64,000 nucleotides of DNA from a virus: IMG/VR virus record IMGVR_UViG_3300027896_000013. The stretch is one strand, 5' to 3'. The position numbers and the translations under genes are program-made. Under the pieces are notes generated by a model. That model was not told the origin of the DNA and did no database searches. It saw only the letters and a program-made list of their open reading frames with translations. Shown here piece by piece: positions 39,541 through 51,343 of this stretch; position 1 is the stretch's first letter; every line of letters starts with the position of its first letter.

Positions 39541-41376
39541 ATGGCAAAAAATACAGTCGATTTTACAATTCCAACAGATGGCTATGTAGCCTTCGACGCT
39601 GTTGGATTGCGCGATCTTATTATAGCTCGTCTGAATCAGCAACAAGTGTTCACTGATCAAAACTACACGGGTAGCAATATATCTACGATTATTGAAATCG
39701 TAGCTTACTCATATCACGTGCTGATGTTTTATTTGAACCAAGCAGGTTCCGAAAGTCAATTTACTCAAGCATCTCTTTACGAGAACATTAACAAGATTGT
39801 AAAGGCTTTAAATTATAACCCTATCGGTTATCAAACAGCTACGCTTGCTTTTAACTGTACAGGTCAAGCGAGCCTACCAACAGGTTCACATACCATACCT
39901 CGATACTCATATTTTCAACTAAACGGTGTTGCGTACTCTTTTAACAAAGATGTAACATTTGTAAAGCTTGTTGAAAATACTGATGAGACTCTAACAGATG
40001 TCTCTAGTAATAATTTACTATATCAAGGTGCATTTAAAGAGTATCCTAAATACACCGCTACCGGTGAACCATTTGAGATAGTTACTGTTGCTGTTAACAA
40101 CACAACCACAACTGGTAGCCGTATATTAGTTGATCACTTTAATGTGCATGTTTATGTGAGAGATAATTCACAAACTGTACCGACATATACACAATACACA
40201 CCAGTAGAGTCTCTATTCCTTGAAACTGGTGATGCTAAAGTATACGAAATAAGACTTAATGAAGGTGGTGTATATGAAGTCAAATTCGGAGATGATATAC
40301 ACGGTAGACAGCTTAATACAAATGACGAAGTTCTCATTTACTACTTACAGAGCAGTGGTCCAGATGGTGTAGTTGGTACTAATGCACTAAATAGCAATTC
40401 ACTTCTCTTCTACAACTCTCCGCAATATGCAGATATAACACCAGCTGGTCTTAATATCATTTCTGCTGAGCATGCAGCAATGCTGGTATTCACGAATGAC
40501 GATAACGGTTCTACAGCTTTCCAGGACATTGAAAGCGTATCTAGTATACGTACAAACGCTCTTAACACTTTTAAGACACAGTATCGTTTAATAACGACAA
40601 CTGACTTCGAAACATACATACTTAAAAATTTCGGAAATATTATCTCATCTGTAAAGTGCATAAGCAATTCAGACTTTGTAAATGGTCATCTAAAATACTT
40701 TTTTGATCTCGGCGTCGAGCAGCCTAGTATTGAATCAAGAATACTGCTTAACCAGGTTAAGTTTAGTAGCAGCAGTAATTTCAACAATGTATATGCCTAT
40801 TGTGTACCAGAGTTAGCTAACACAACTAGTTTAAATACAAGACTAAACTATCTCAGCACAGCTCAGAAACAGCTACTATCAACAAGATTGCAGCCGTATA
40901 AACTAATAACAAGCGAGGTTGTTTTTGTTGATCCAATATACACAATAATAGATTTCGGTATAAACAATATTGGTGAGTCACCTACACCTGATATATCAAC
41001 AGATACATACTTGCAGATAGTAGCCTCGAAGCAGCAACAGCAAAACTTCAGCCACATTCAGCAGTCAGCTGCAACAATACTACAGTCATACTTTGATACG
41101 TCAAAGAATAACCTCGGTAAGTTAATCGACTTGACAGATCTATCAACTCAGCTATTAGAGATCCCTGGGGTAAGTAACGTACAGACTGTAAGGGTTACTG
41201 GTAATGTCACGGTAAGTTTACCTGGTTTAAGTTTCATTGCATATAATCCAGTATACCCCGATAATGATATAACGGTATCCCAGCAAAATCTGCAATTACC
41301 ATATTATAAGTTTCCGATATTGAACGACTCTGCAAATATTGTAAATAAAATTAAAGTCATAACCGCTACGTCTTAA
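39541..41376 (+). CDS. gp6: Baseplate wedge protein gp6-like
   Basis: FTDQNYTGSN, YEVKFGDDIHG, YLQSSGPDG, ESVSSIR.NA, RLITTTDFE. Confidence 0.9.
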   Translation: MAKNTVDFTIPTDGYVAFDAVGLRDLIIARLNQQQVFTDQNYTGSNISTIIEIVAYSYHVLMFYLNQAGSESQFTQASLYENINKIVKALNYNPIGYQTATLAFNCTGQASLPTGSHTIPRYSYFQLNGVAYSFNKDVTFVKLVENTDETLTDVSSNNLLYQGAFKEYPKYTATGEPFEIVTVAVNNTTTTGSRILVDHFNVHVYVRDNSQTVPTYTQYTPVESLFLETGDAKVYEIRLNEGGVYEVKFGDDIHGRQLNTNDEVLIYYLQSSGPDGVVGTNALNSNSLLFYNSPQYADITPAGLNIISAEHAAMLVFTNDDNGSTAFQDIESVSSIRTNALNTFKTQYRLITTTDFETYILKNFGNIISSVKCISNSDFVNGHLKYFFDLGVEQPSIESRILLNQVKFSSSSNFNNVYAYCVPELANTTSLNTRLNYLSTAQKQLLSTRLQPYKLITSEVVFVDPIYTIIDFGINNIGESPTPDISTDTYLQIVASKQQQQNFSHIQQSAATILQSYFDTSKNNLGKLIDLTDLSTQLLEIPGVSNVQTVRVTGNVTVSLPGLSFIAYNPVYPDNDITVSQQNLQLPYYKFPILNDSANIVNKIKVITATS

Positions 41377-43592
41377 TGAACCCTAATATATACGTTGAGT
41401 TCGCTGTTTATAACTACAAAGGTGAAACATCTTTGTCAGGTTATACTCTACCGGGTAATGAATTCACATTCGTTGCAAACTTAACTGGTGCAGATAAACC
41501 GATATCTCAACAGTCTGTTACTTGGGATCTTGGTGATGGCACTAGGACAGACGAACTGTCACCTACCCATACCTATAACTGGCCAGGTGTTTACAATGTA
41601 AGTCTCGTCGTGTATGATGCTGCAGGCAATGCATTTTATAGTACAACAACATATACTTTGTCTGTTTACGATCTAATTGGTAGTGAATTACAAGCAACAA
41701 ACTTAAGCGATACGTTTGTAATACCTGCAGGAGATTATTCCCCCTTCTATATCAATCGTAGAAATAGCTGGCAAACCTATTCAGCGCTGAGTGCCATTGG
41801 CTATACCGTAAATTTATATCTATCTGGTAATAATGACCCTGTGGTAGATTTAAAAACATATAATAGCGATGCATGGGCTCATCTACGTCGTAAATCAATA
41901 TTTTTTACAAAGAGTTCCACAGCAGCGGTGACTGAGTACATACCAATATCAAGTGTAAACACTGATGATATTTTACTATACGCTAAGCTTGACGGTAATA
42001 AAGAGTATCAACTCTGTTCACAATCAGAAACTGGTTCTGTTTTTATAGGTACCTCTGGAAGTGCTACAGTATATTTTACAAGCAACACACCAAAGAATGT
42101 CAGTGTATCGGCATTCGGTATACCATCGCTAATATTCTGCACTCTAGATACATCACATTTACAAGATGCATTTACATATAATACCAATTATTTTGATTAC
42201 TTTTCTCCTTCTATAGGGTACATTAATACACAATCCGCTGTATTACCAGTATGGATAACATACTCACCAGCGAACAGATTATCGTTCTCTACTAATGGTA
42301 TAGATACACAAGGTGATGCAACACTCGACACGTTTGAAATTCCATCTATCAGCTGGCAAAATACGCAGATACCCTTTGTTCTAAAGTTAAAGAGTAATAA
42401 TGGATATTCAACACTATTTTACCCACTTCTCAGTTCGAATATTGTTAATATGTCGGGTGCTGGTGAATATTTTAGAGCTGATTTTCAACTACTCTCGGAT
42501 TCAACAGTATTATCTGCAGACTTCTATCAAGACTTTAATAGCGATCTACCAAGTGATGCTGGTGGGTACTTTAAAGGTTATTTTGTATGTCCAGTTACTG
42601 CAACTAACTGCCAGATAGCTGCTATAGTAACGACTAAGGACCCAACGTATTACGACTCTCAAACCTCAACTGTAGTACTTGCAATAACATCAACGCTTTA
42701 TGGTACGAGTAACTTGTTTAACATATACCCACAAACAGGTAAATATTCTATTGCGAAAAATAATGAAAACTTTGATATGCAAGGGTTTTACAATACTCTA
42801 AGACTTCCTGAATATCTAGTAGATAAAGACGTACTGTTTAACTCCTTCCTTGGTTCAATCGCTGGTAATCTTTCAAGCCAGCCGTTTGAATTAGGCAAAA
42901 CAGTATATGAAAGAATAGCGAACTTCTGTGAAAATATTAATGACGTAGATACAGCTACTGTACAATCATTGGTATCTCTTTGCACTCAATATGGTGTAGA
43001 TGTTGGTGAAGTTAATACGGAATACCCACCGCAACTCAGACGTATTATTGATATGATATCAATCAAAAAGTCGAAATTGTTTGGAACATACAACCACTAT
43101 GATCTCAATTTTAGACCTGTCGGTGGCGCAACTGCTAACCCAGGTAAGATAAATCTAGGAGAGCTTATTGATATAAACACAGGTACGTTTAGCTTGAGTG
43201 AGTCTCTGGTAGCTTATAACCGCTTCTATGATAAACACTTCGTAGTAAAGCTACCGGCTCTATCGGGTTATACAGGGTCGTCTACATTCTATCTATCAGA
43301 TTATAATGCTTCTTGGAATTTAGGTTTACCAATAGAGGTACCAGCTGAGGATGTAAACGGTACCAATATTGGTGAATTTTACAGCTTTTATAGGTATCTT
43401 GAATCAACTCAGTGGCCTATAACAAACTCTGTTATCAATTGGGATGATAGCAAGAACACGTTAAACTTTACAGTTAGTTCTTATACGGAGTGGGTTAATG
43501 ACGATGGTATTATGGACAACTTATTAAACTATGAGATTACAAAAGGTTTAAGGTTGTTTACTAGCGCTGTTGATATAACCTACAACAATTAA
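41376..43592 (+). CDS. Baseplate/structural protein with an N-terminal PKD domain (gp7-like position)
   Basis: WDLGDGT...PTHTYNWPGVYNVSLVV PKD signature; follows gp6. Confidence 0.75.
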   Translation: MNPNIYVEFAVYNYKGETSLSGYTLPGNEFTFVANLTGADKPISQQSVTWDLGDGTRTDELSPTHTYNWPGVYNVSLVVYDAAGNAFYSTTTYTLSVYDLIGSELQATNLSDTFVIPAGDYSPFYINRRNSWQTYSALSAIGYTVNLYLSGNNDPVVDLKTYNSDAWAHLRRKSIFFTKSSTAAVTEYIPISSVNTDDILLYAKLDGNKEYQLCSQSETGSVFIGTSGSATVYFTSNTPKNVSVSAFGIPSLIFCTLDTSHLQDAFTYNTNYFDYFSPSIGYINTQSAVLPVWITYSPANRLSFSTNGIDTQGDATLDTFEIPSISWQNTQIPFVLKLKSNNGYSTLFYPLLSSNIVNMSGAGEYFRADFQLLSDSTVLSADFYQDFNSDLPSDAGGYFKGYFVCPVTATNCQIAAIVTTKDPTYYDSQTSTVVLAITSTLYGTSNLFNIYPQTGKYSIAKNNENFDMQGFYNTLRLPEYLVDKDVLFNSFLGSIAGNLSSQPFELGKTVYERIANFCENINDVDTATVQSLVSLCTQYGVDVGEVNTEYPPQLRRIIDMISIKKSKLFGTYNHYDLNFRPVGGATANPGKINLGELIDINTGTFSLSESLVAYNRFYDKHFVVKLPALSGYTGSSTFYLSDYNASWNLGLPIEVPAEDVNGTNIGEFYSFYRYLESTQWPITNSVINWDDSKNTLNFTVSSYTEWVNDDGIMDNLLNYEITKGLRLFTSAVDITYNN

Positions 43593-43601
43593 ATATTGTT
43601 A

Positions 43602-46505
43602 ATGGATTCAGCTATCACATTCACCGATCTAGCCCTGCAGAGCTCTATTACGTATAATAGAGCGAACCTGTCAGCTATCGATAGAAATGCTCCGTTAGCA
43701 TTCTTAGACTGGGTCAAGAACTTTGCAAACATTTCATCTGACCCAGTATTCTTACTAAATGAGTATAAGAAGTATATTAATAAATGGTTTGATGTTACTA
43801 ATTCTAGCTTCAGTTCTAACCAAGATATTATTCGTGAGCTCTACGTTTCACTTTTTCGTAACATAGCAATCAACTATGTAACCACAGAAGAGCGGAGATT
43901 CATTCAAAACCTTGATGTAAATAACCCGTCCGAATTAGCGGTTGTACTGCCGTTGTTAGTTCGCAAGATTAAGGATGTATGCTTACACTATGCTAGCTTA
44001 AGAGATAAAACAAAAGCTGCCGTGTATGACTACAACCTAAAGGGTTCTGAGCATAGTATTAAGCGATTAGTATATGATGAGTTAATTTTAAGCTTCGTTG
44101 ATCCTACTATCAATAAACTGTTTACAGCTGCTGGTATCGATAGGGATACTATCAAGACACAGTTAAACATAATGTTCGAGGAACATTATGATATGGAAAC
44201 CAACTACTTCGATACCAACTCTCAGCTACCTGCTTCAGCATACGAAGCTACAGGTGATAGAGCTGAAATGTTTGCTGCGAATAGTTACCCATTTGATCCG
44301 AACCTGTTTGTTGATTTTGATACTAGTGTGGTATCTGCTATAGAAAAATACCCTGTAATCCTCCAAGAGTTAGGTGATAATTTTAGCGTGAATCTGAACT
44401 TCACGTCGGATGATTTACAGTATCTAAAGGATCAGGACTACATTAACTTAGTTAATAACCTTGATGCGTCTAACTTAAATCTTAATACATTAAAGAGCGC
44501 TTTGCAGCAATTCAGTGGTTCGACTTTTTATTACCTATCTACTAACGCTGATCTAAAGTTCTCATATGATAAGCTATTTGATGCAGACCACTTTACCGAT
44601 TATCTAAACCGTAGATTCCCTACCGTTGCGATGGTACAGAGTGATAAGATAGTTCCTGAGAAGCATGTAGGTAGATTTTTTAGACCTGATAAGCTAGGTA
44701 TTTTGAATTTCCTAGGTTTTAATGTTCATGGCACTGTTACAAGTTTGTCAGCTGACACTATATACGTGTTCCCGGACCCTACAATATATGGTAATATATC
44801 AGGTCTGAGCCGTACAAAATTCCCAACACCGTTTACATTCACTGAAAGTGTTGATGGTTTAAAATGTAACCTAACTAACACTTATAGATTTGGTGAAGCT
44901 ATAAGTGATTTTCTAACGAAGTATAAAGGTTATCAATCACGATCGGAATCTCTGAATTGGGATCCAACAGGTCCATCAAGATTACAAGACCCTGTCGATT
45001 TCTTTACAGGTGCACAAAGACTGGATTGGGCTAATAGTGATGTATTTCCACCTGATACTCAAGAGGTACTACCGATTGACAAGCGACAAGCGACACTGCT
45101 AAACACTAACAAAGTACTATTCCAACATAGGAGTGATGTTTATAATAACGAATACAGCTTATATAAAGAGGTTTATAAATTTGACGATCCTAAAGCTCTA
45201 TACTATAAGGAGAATGGCGAAGCATTAACATGCCTTACATTAAGAGGTCATGTATTTTATGATTCTGTATCTGCATATGACTTCGATTTCTCTGAAGAAA
45301 ATGAGGCGTTAAATTACTCTGGTGTAACCCTCAATACAAATGATAGTATAACTGCAACAAATTTCGATATAATCCTAAAGAGTGTAGATCTATACCCAGA
45401 GTTAGATTGGTATAAAACATCTAATGAATTTGTAGTAACATACTACAATGGTTATACATTTATCGAGATACCGACACCCGGTACAGATATATATGAACTT
45501 GGTGACTTTAGTCAGCCAGATCCATTCACACTCAATATACAAGACAGACCACACGTTTATATGGATTCAGGTCCGTTCTATATTAATGGTGTATTAACTC
45601 TACCTGCAGTGTTCAATGACAATTTTACAGTACAAAATAACCTAGTAGGTGAAACTCTAGTAAATGCGGAAACTCAATTACAAGATGCTGTTGGAACTCT
45701 AAGCGCAGATGTCTCTCTATATGCTCAGCACGATGTATACGGTGAATTATATTATCGTAACTACAACAGTTCAATAATCGAGCCAGCATCTGCTGCTCTG
45801 AGTGGAATGTTTATAAAGTATCCTGGTATTGTCTCTGAAGAAGTGTTTAATAACACAAAAAACATAGACGTTATTCTTGATACCTTGGTAATAGAAACCG
45901 AGTCTTACATGATATTCGAGAAGATTAATTATGTACAGAGTAAGTACCAATTTCTAAACTATCCAGTTGAGCAGAATTATATAGCTCGAGGCAACAATCA
46001 TAACTTCTGTTGCTTTTCTAATATTTGGTTCGATGTTGGTGATCAAGCAATATATGTTGCAGTTACTAACATGGATAACACACAAACTTGGTTACATGAT
46101 AAGACTATATATTTTGACATGTATAAGTATGACTTTGATAATATACATAAGCTAACAATATCGTCTGATTTATCAGCTTTCTCATTGGGTAATACATCTC
46201 TATCTGCTACTGCTGTTGTTTTAGTAGAGCGACCAATATTACATTATTGCCCTGAGGTTGATACATATACATTGAAGTTTCTTGTTAAGGATGTATCTAA
46301 TATGTTTTATCATGTTGATACTACATTCAGTATTGATAATTATGAGACAATATATAACCTTGCTGTTACTGTTTTAACACCGGATATGTATTTGTTTTCT
46401 GAGAATTTTGAAGGTAATCAATTTTCTCCGATTGCAGAAACTATGTATCTGAATGCACCGGGGTCTATGATATCAATTAACAACAATCAACTTGTAATAC
46501 ACTAA
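43602..46505 (+). CDS. Large structural protein (baseplate/tail-associated)
   Basis: ~967 aa; TAAATA before ATG 43602; in the structural module. Confidence 0.7.
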   Translation: MDSAITFTDLALQSSITYNRANLSAIDRNAPLAFLDWVKNFANISSDPVFLLNEYKKYINKWFDVTNSSFSSNQDIIRELYVSLFRNIAINYVTTEERRFIQNLDVNNPSELAVVLPLLVRKIKDVCLHYASLRDKTKAAVYDYNLKGSEHSIKRLVYDELILSFVDPTINKLFTAAGIDRDTIKTQLNIMFEEHYDMETNYFDTNSQLPASAYEATGDRAEMFAANSYPFDPNLFVDFDTSVVSAIEKYPVILQELGDNFSVNLNFTSDDLQYLKDQDYINLVNNLDASNLNLNTLKSALQQFSGSTFYYLSTNADLKFSYDKLFDADHFTDYLNRRFPTVAMVQSDKIVPEKHVGRFFRPDKLGILNFLGFNVHGTVTSLSADTIYVFPDPTIYGNISGLSRTKFPTPFTFTESVDGLKCNLTNTYRFGEAISDFLTKYKGYQSRSESLNWDPTGPSRLQDPVDFFTGAQRLDWANSDVFPPDTQEVLPIDKRQATLLNTNKVLFQHRSDVYNNEYSLYKEVYKFDDPKALYYKENGEALTCLTLRGHVFYDSVSAYDFDFSEENEALNYSGVTLNTNDSITATNFDIILKSVDLYPELDWYKTSNEFVVTYYNGYTFIEIPTPGTDIYELGDFSQPDPFTLNIQDRPHVYMDSGPFYINGVLTLPAVFNDNFTVQNNLVGETLVNAETQLQDAVGTLSADVSLYAQHDVYGELYYRNYNSSIIEPASAALSGMFIKYPGIVSEEVFNNTKNIDVILDTLVIETESYMIFEKINYVQSKYQFLNYPVEQNYIARGNNHNFCCFSNIWFDVGDQAIYVAVTNMDNTQTWLHDKTIYFDMYKYDFDNIHKLTISSDLSAFSLGNTSLSATAVVLVERPILHYCPEVDTYTLKFLVKDVSNMFYHVDTTFSIDNYETIYNLAVTVLTPDMYLFSENFEGNQFSPIAETMYLNAPGSMISINNNQLVIH

Positions 46506-48037
46506 TGTCAACAATATACACATCAATTATATCAGGTACACAGGATGGAACCTACGACGGTACATATAGCTCTGATAAGTTCGGTGCTAATCAATATACG
46601 TTGATAAGAACTACTGGAGTAGGTTATAGGCTTATATGGATAGGACGTGGATTCGGTTGGGTTCTATATACGCCTAGCAAGGTAATACTAGGTAATTTCC
46701 CTGATGCTCCTCATAACCCACCAGACACTATACCATACGATTTTAATGGCGGCACTGGGTCAGCGGTTTGGCATAACTATGCACCTGCACCGACCCCAAC
46801 AGCGACTCCGTTACCACCAACACCAACAGCATCGCCAACATCAACACCGACCCCAATACCAACTTCGACTCCGACACCGACGCCGACACCAACGGCAACT
46901 CCTACACCTGTACCAACAGCGACACCTGTACCCACTGCAACTCCTGTACCTACTCCGACTATTGTACCAACAGCAACTCCGATACCACCTACACCCACAC
47001 CTGTACCAACAGCGACTCCGATACCACCTACACCTACACCCTGGATAGGTCCAACAGCTACACCAGTACCAACAGCTACAACGGTACCAACAGCAACACC
47101 AACACCAACGGTATCACCAACACCGTCACCAACACCAACGGTATCACCAACACCGTCACCAACACCAACGGTATCACCAACACCAACGATATCACCTACT
47201 CCGACAGCGACACCGTATGAACCAGCGCTGCCAGTCCTATTTTATGATACTGTGTTCGACGCTCATAAAGATGTAGTTGTTACGGTTGATTACACCGCTT
47301 ATTCAAACAATCTAACTGTATCGCCTAGTGGTAGTATATTAGTAGGCTTCTTACCATTTTATAGAGTTGCTCCAGAGGGTGAAACAGCTGCAGCTGGAGC
47401 AGGTTACTCTAGCGGTGATGTTACTAGCGGTGTTTTAGATGCTCAAGTAGGTGTATGCTTAGATTTCTCTGGTGGCTTTGCTTCTGATGAAACAGGTACA
47501 GGTGGACTAACTGCATATGAACCTAACTCTATAAGCGTCAGAGGACAGGCAGCTAATGGATTCCCACTACTTGCGAATACTGGTAATCTATCCTCTGCCG
47601 CTGTACCATTTAATATAGCACAAGGTACACCTAACAGAACCAGAATTCGTCTAGCAAATCTCGGCACTGCAGTATACGTAGACTGTAAGTACACAACCGA
47701 TCGCGTATTCACAAATTATCTAACAGTTCCTCTAGAGTCTGCAACAACTAGATACTGCAGAGTCTATGTAGCCTTTGAAATTTTAAACGACAATACATAT
47801 GTCGTTATACAAAATGTCAATATAAACGCGTACGATGCAACATTATCATACAGCTATTCTGCAGCAGATTATATAGGTCTCGACCCTAACCCCGCATTAC
47901 TGTCAAGAGGTCAAGTGATTACCGGTTCAAATGATAACTCCGTTCCCGGTACACCTGAGCTCTTTATAATAGATGACCCAGCTAATTCAGGTGCACCTTA
48001 TATAGGTAGTGAGTATATTTCTATAACATACCAATAA
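46505..48037 (+). CDS. Virion protein with a Pro/Thr mucin-like linker and a C-terminal lectin-like beta-sandwich
   Basis: ~145 aa PT/PTATP repeat; C-terminal [18 protein letters not shown] resembles L-type lectin domains. Confidence 0.65.
   Translation: MSTIYTSIISGTQDGTYDGTYSSDKFGANQYTLIRTTGVGYRLIWIGRGFGWVLYTPSKVILGNFPDAPHNPPDTIPYDFNGGTGSAVWHNYAPAPTPTATPLPPTPTASPTSTPTPIPTSTPTPTPTPTATPTPVPTATPVPTATPVPTPTIVPTATPIPPTPTPVPTATPIPPTPTPWIGPTATPVPTATTVPTATPTPTVSPTPSPTPTVSPTPSPTPTVSPTPTISPTPTATPYEPALPVLFYDTVFDAHKDVVVTVDYTAYSNNLTVSPSGSILVGFLPFYRVAPEGETAAAGAGYSSGDVTSGVLDAQVGVCLDFSGGFASDETGTGGLTAYEPNSISVRGQAANGFPLLANTGNLSSAAVPFNIAQGTPNRTRIRLANLGTAVYVDCKYTTDRVFTNYLTVPLESATTRYCRVYVAFEILNDNTYVVIQNVNINAYDATLSYSYSAADYIGLDPNPALLSRGQVITGSNDNSVPGTPELFIIDDPANSGAPYIGSEYISITYQ
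47098..47184 (+). repeat. 30-nt tandem repeat (~2.9 copies) encoding [10 protein letters not shown]
   Basis: ACCAACACCAACGGTATCACCAACACCGTC repeated exactly. Confidence 0.85.
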
Positions 48038-48045
48038 ATACTATT

Positions 48046-49092
48046 ATGCCAAGTGCAACAGCAACTTTTACTCTTAATGTCTCAGCAATTCAAGCGCTCT
48101 GCGTTGGTCCGCGAGGATCAGCAATGCTCAACGGTTCCGGTGTACCGTCAGACTCTACAGGTCTACCAGAAGACTTTTATGTAGATACGTCTCTCTACCC
48201 GTTGCTCTATAGTTGCTACGGTCCAAAACTATCATCAGATCCGATAGGTACCTGGCCGTTGACAGCTGTACAGTTCCCTACAACAACTCTTCTTGATAGC
48301 ATTTCATCATCACTGTATAGTGAACTTACTGCAATTAGTAACACTGTTAATATCTCAAGCTTATCAGCTCTTAATATTGTTAATAACGGGCTTGCTACGG
48401 TTTTAACTGTTACACAGCAAGGCAATACGTATGGTAAAAATATTGCTACGTTTAATCATAATACTAGCACTACTTTTGTTATAACGAATAGTGGTAATGT
48501 TGGTATAAATGTTTCTGAACCCAATGTAGATACAGCTCTACATGTTGTAGGTGATACGCTTCTAACACAGTCACTTTCTGTTCAAGGTGACATATTAGCA
48601 TCTACAATAAATGTAAGCACCCTTACTGCTGCAAATGGGGGTATATTTGGTAGCTGGTCGTCAATTGTTAGCGCTGGAAGTAATAACCTAGTACAAGTCG
48701 CAGGTTTAAATCTTGGAGATGTTAGCTCTTACATTAATGTACTTTCAGCATATACTGCTGTATTTGCTTTGTTATCATCTTTTGATACTCGACCTGTTCG
48801 TATACATGGTACATTGTTTGAAGTTGGCTCCGGGGATGGCACAGCAGCAATTAATGATAGATTCTTCGTTGTGGATCCAACATGGAATATCAAAAGAGTT
48901 ACTATTGCTGGTAGCGTATCAGCTCTAAGCTCATTCAACTCAAGTGTATATGACGCTAATAAGAATCAGCTACTCAGCGGTCGTCGATCAGCACCAGCAA
49001 GACTAACCGCTATGGTTTCTACATCAGCAGATATCATAGCGTCTTATAACTCGCTACTCGATGCTTTAACAGCTCACGGTCTCATACGTTAA
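48046..49092 (+). CDS. Tail fibre/spike-like protein
   Basis: GPRGS...GSGVP...G..DFYVD; SGNVGINVSEP..ALHVVGD; C-terminal NSLLDALTAHGLI trimerisation-like motif. Confidence 0.7.
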   Translation: MPSATATFTLNVSAIQALCVGPRGSAMLNGSGVPSDSTGLPEDFYVDTSLYPLLYSCYGPKLSSDPIGTWPLTAVQFPTTTLLDSISSSLYSELTAISNTVNISSLSALNIVNNGLATVLTVTQQGNTYGKNIATFNHNTSTTFVITNSGNVGINVSEPNVDTALHVVGDTLLTQSLSVQGDILASTINVSTLTAANGGIFGSWSSIVSAGSNNLVQVAGLNLGDVSSYINVLSAYTAVFALLSSFDTRPVRIHGTLFEVGSGDGTAAINDRFFVVDPTWNIKRVTIAGSVSALSSFNSSVYDANKNQLLSGRRSAPARLTAMVSTSADIIASYNSLLDALTAHGLIR

Positions 49093-49094
49093 TC

Positions 49095-49463
49095 ATGAAC
49101 GAATATCTATTTACTAGAAAGCGAAAGACTCTAAAGGACTGTTATTCTAAAGTCACTAGTAAGGCTAATATAGTAGAAGGTGATTGTGGTTCATATGCTT
49201 CACCTGGTTACTCTTATGTTCCTCAAGGTAGAAACGTTAATACTCTAGGACCTGTACCGCAAGGTTTTCCAGGTCAAGTTACGTCAAAGGTAATACCGGT
49301 TGGTATTAAGATGAAGAGGGTGCGACCTCCCAAGGGAAGACAATCCAGTCATCATTCGAAACAGTTGAAACGTAAAAGTCAGGGTAAAAAACCGTCTTCG
49401 GTTTTACATACAGCGTTGCAGTCCGGAACTTACAAAGAGAAAAGTTTTCAGCCAATTCCTTAA
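49095..49463 (+). CDS. Hypothetical protein
   Basis: Follows the fibre gene; its 3' 158 nt overlap the convergent PRTase gene. Confidence 0.45.
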   Translation: MNEYLFTRKRKTLKDCYSKVTSKANIVEGDCGSYASPGYSYVPQGRNVNTLGPVPQGFPGQVTSKVIPVGIKMKRVRPPKGRQSSHHSKQLKRKSQGKKPSSVLHTALQSGTYKEKSFQPIP

Positions 49464-49758
49464 AAGTTTTACCTGAGTCTACTAAGTCGTCTATAATCAG
49501 AACTAGGTCGTTACCGACTGATATATCCTTAGGTACATACTGATATACAACAAGCGTCTCGTGTCGGAACATGCTAGTATATGAACAAGCTCCAATGTTG
49601 TATACCTTCTGTACATCCAATTTATTAGCTATAATAGTAGCTGGAATAAGACCACCACGTCCGAGTCCGATAATGCTGGTAAACTGGAGATGTTTAATTT
49701 TGTCGACAAGAGCGTCACAGTCTCTAGTGATATCATCCCACGTGTAAATCTTTTGCAT
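49306..49758 (-). CDS. Type I phosphoribosyltransferase (xanthine/guanine PRT-like)
   Basis: GLGRGGLIPA, VLIIDDLVDSGKT PRPP loop, WIVFPWE; TTGATT-16-TATAAT 5 nt upstream. Confidence 0.9.
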   Translation of the reverse strand: MQKIYTWDDITRDCDALVDKIKHLQFTSIIGLGRGGLIPATIIANKLDVQKVYNIGACSYTSMFRHETLVVYQYVPKDISVGNDLVLIIDDLVDSGKTFKELAENFSLCKFRTATLYVKPKTVFYPDFYVSTVSNDDWIVFPWEVAPSSS

Positions 49759-49793
49759 ATCCTATTATAGGCGGAGCAACTTAAGAATCAATA

Positions 49794-50402
49794 TTAAAGT
49801 ATAACGTGAAGTACAGGCATGATACTATAATGCGTACCACTATACTCGCTAGTGCCCATCCATCTAACTGCTGCACCTGCAACACCAGCCTCTGCTTGCT
49901 TTCCGAAGATTGTAAATTTGTGCATTCTAATGGACAATCCGCTACCAGCTAAAGTAGAAAACCTGTTAACCTTATCTAACACTGGTACAGCGACACCCGT
50001 AAAAGCAAACGGTGTAAACGTCCATGGTATACCAAACTTTAATAGTGGTTGAGTTGGAAACTTAACAGATACTTGTCCACTAGGCATTGATAGTTGTCCT
50101 AGATAATCAATACCAATTCCCATACCGATAATATCTGATACTTGATAGATGCAAAACAGGCCACCACCAACGTGTGCAGGTCCATTTGGAGCATACGTCA
50201 TATACGGTACAACTATCCACTTCTTCGACGTTTTTGCTAAAGCATTTGTATCTAACCACTTCTTAGTAATATCGAGAATCGACTGGCTAGATGTTAGTAT
50301 ATTACTGTAGAATTGAGGTGGTGGAGTTGGTGATGCTATAGGCTGTGAATGTGATGTTAAATGGAGCATCACAAAGAATGTAATGTATAGAAATAATCTC
50401 AT
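49794..50402 (-). CDS. Exported/membrane protein with a signal peptide (beta-rich)
   Basis: MRLFLYITFFVMLHLTSHSQ signal-like N-terminus, Pro linker, alternating beta strands. Confidence 0.6.
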   Translation of the reverse strand: MRLFLYITFFVMLHLTSHSQPIASPTPPPQFYSNILTSSQSILDITKKWLDTNALAKTSKKWIVVPYMTYAPNGPAHVGGGLFCIYQVSDIIGMGIGIDYLGQLSMPSGQVSVKFPTQPLLKFGIPWTFTPFAFTGVAVPVLDKVNRFSTLAGSGLSIRMHKFTIFGKQAEAGVAGAAVRWMGTSEYSGTHYSIMPVLHVIL

Positions 50403-51010
50403 GCTAATGGTGTTAGAAATTCTTTCTTGTTTAAGTAAAACGCAGTATCGATCTGTATTGCGCTAGCTGCTCCAGTAGTACTCTTTGCGCTATAATACAC
50501 CCCATACTTCATATTAGGACTGGTTGCATATGCAGATAAAGAAGGGTTTGTTGGATCCGCCCACAGGTACTGATTTAAGAAAGCAAACTGATTTGCCATG
50601 AACGTAAATGTAGATAATTCGAAATATGTAACCGGTGCACTTGGAGCAGTAATCATTGGTATCAAACCAGTTGGTTGATAATTGCTTACAAACCCATCAT
50701 ATGTTATGGTAGTTGTATTCCATGTAATCGTCCAGTTTTTTAAGTTACCTCTATAGTCTCGTGAATTACCAAAATAGCTACCGTTATTACGTATGAAGTT
50801 TTGACTGTACGTTTCAAACCTATAACGACAATTATCATCGATGACAGCTGCAAATACACCAGCTGCTGTTGTGAAATCAGGGTGACTAGTTATAGCAGAT
50901 ACTAGAGAGAATCTTTGACCTGCTTGATCTAACAGATAGTCTGATTGTTTTGAACCTACACCGATAAGAGTATCAATGCTGTTTAGATCGTTTTCAATCG
51001 GAGATGTCAT
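50399..51010 (-). CDS. Hypothetical late protein
   Basis: TAAATA 6 nt before ATG. Confidence 0.7.
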   Translation of the reverse strand: MTSPIENDLNSIDTLIGVGSKQSDYLLDQAGQRFSLVSAITSHPDFTTAAGVFAAVIDDNCRYRFETYSQNFIRNNGSYFGNSRDYRGNLKNWTITWNTTTITYDGFVSNYQPTGLIPMITAPSAPVTYFELSTFTFMANQFAFLNQYLWADPTNPSLSAYATSPNMKYGVYYSAKSTTGAASAIQIDTAFYLNKKEFLTPLA

Positions 51011-51049
51011 ATACAGTATTTACTGAGATGTACAATAAATCAATATACT

Positions 51050-51340
51050 CTATACACCACTTAGCGGTGGTACGCTATTAGATTGCGCAACTCTTGCAGC
51101 GATCTCTCTATCCATATTGCGATTATTGATAGATTGATCAACATATGCTCTCCAGGCGATTAAAGCCTGTAGAACAGAGAAGAGGAGAATTGTAAACAGT
51201 TTAATATGAGGTATCTCTGCGAAGCTGTTATATTTGTCAAAGCCATTATACACAGACATCAGAAACGCAATAGTGATATACAACAACCACTTCGTCTCTG
51301 TGCTGCTATAATGTGCTGCAACAAATCTAAAGAACCTCAT
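51050..51340 (-). CDS. Small two-TM membrane protein, holin-like
   Basis: 96 aa, two hydrophobic helices, IAWRAYVD and a charged tail. Confidence 0.5.
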   Translation of the reverse strand: MRFFRFVAAHYSSTETKWLLYITIAFLMSVYNGFDKYNSFAEIPHIKLFTILLFSVLQALIAWRAYVDQSINNRNMDREIAARVAQSNSVPPLSGV

Positions 51341-51343
51341 AAA

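Noticed and set aside
46704-47048. His/Gln/Arg-rich and Gly/Val-rich ORFs
   Set aside because: They are alternative-frame and antisense readings of the PT repeat.
49306-49463. 158-nt convergent overlap as a functional dual-coding region
   Set aside because: It is most simply a run-on C-terminus of a hypothetical ORF; there is no evidence of selection on both frames.
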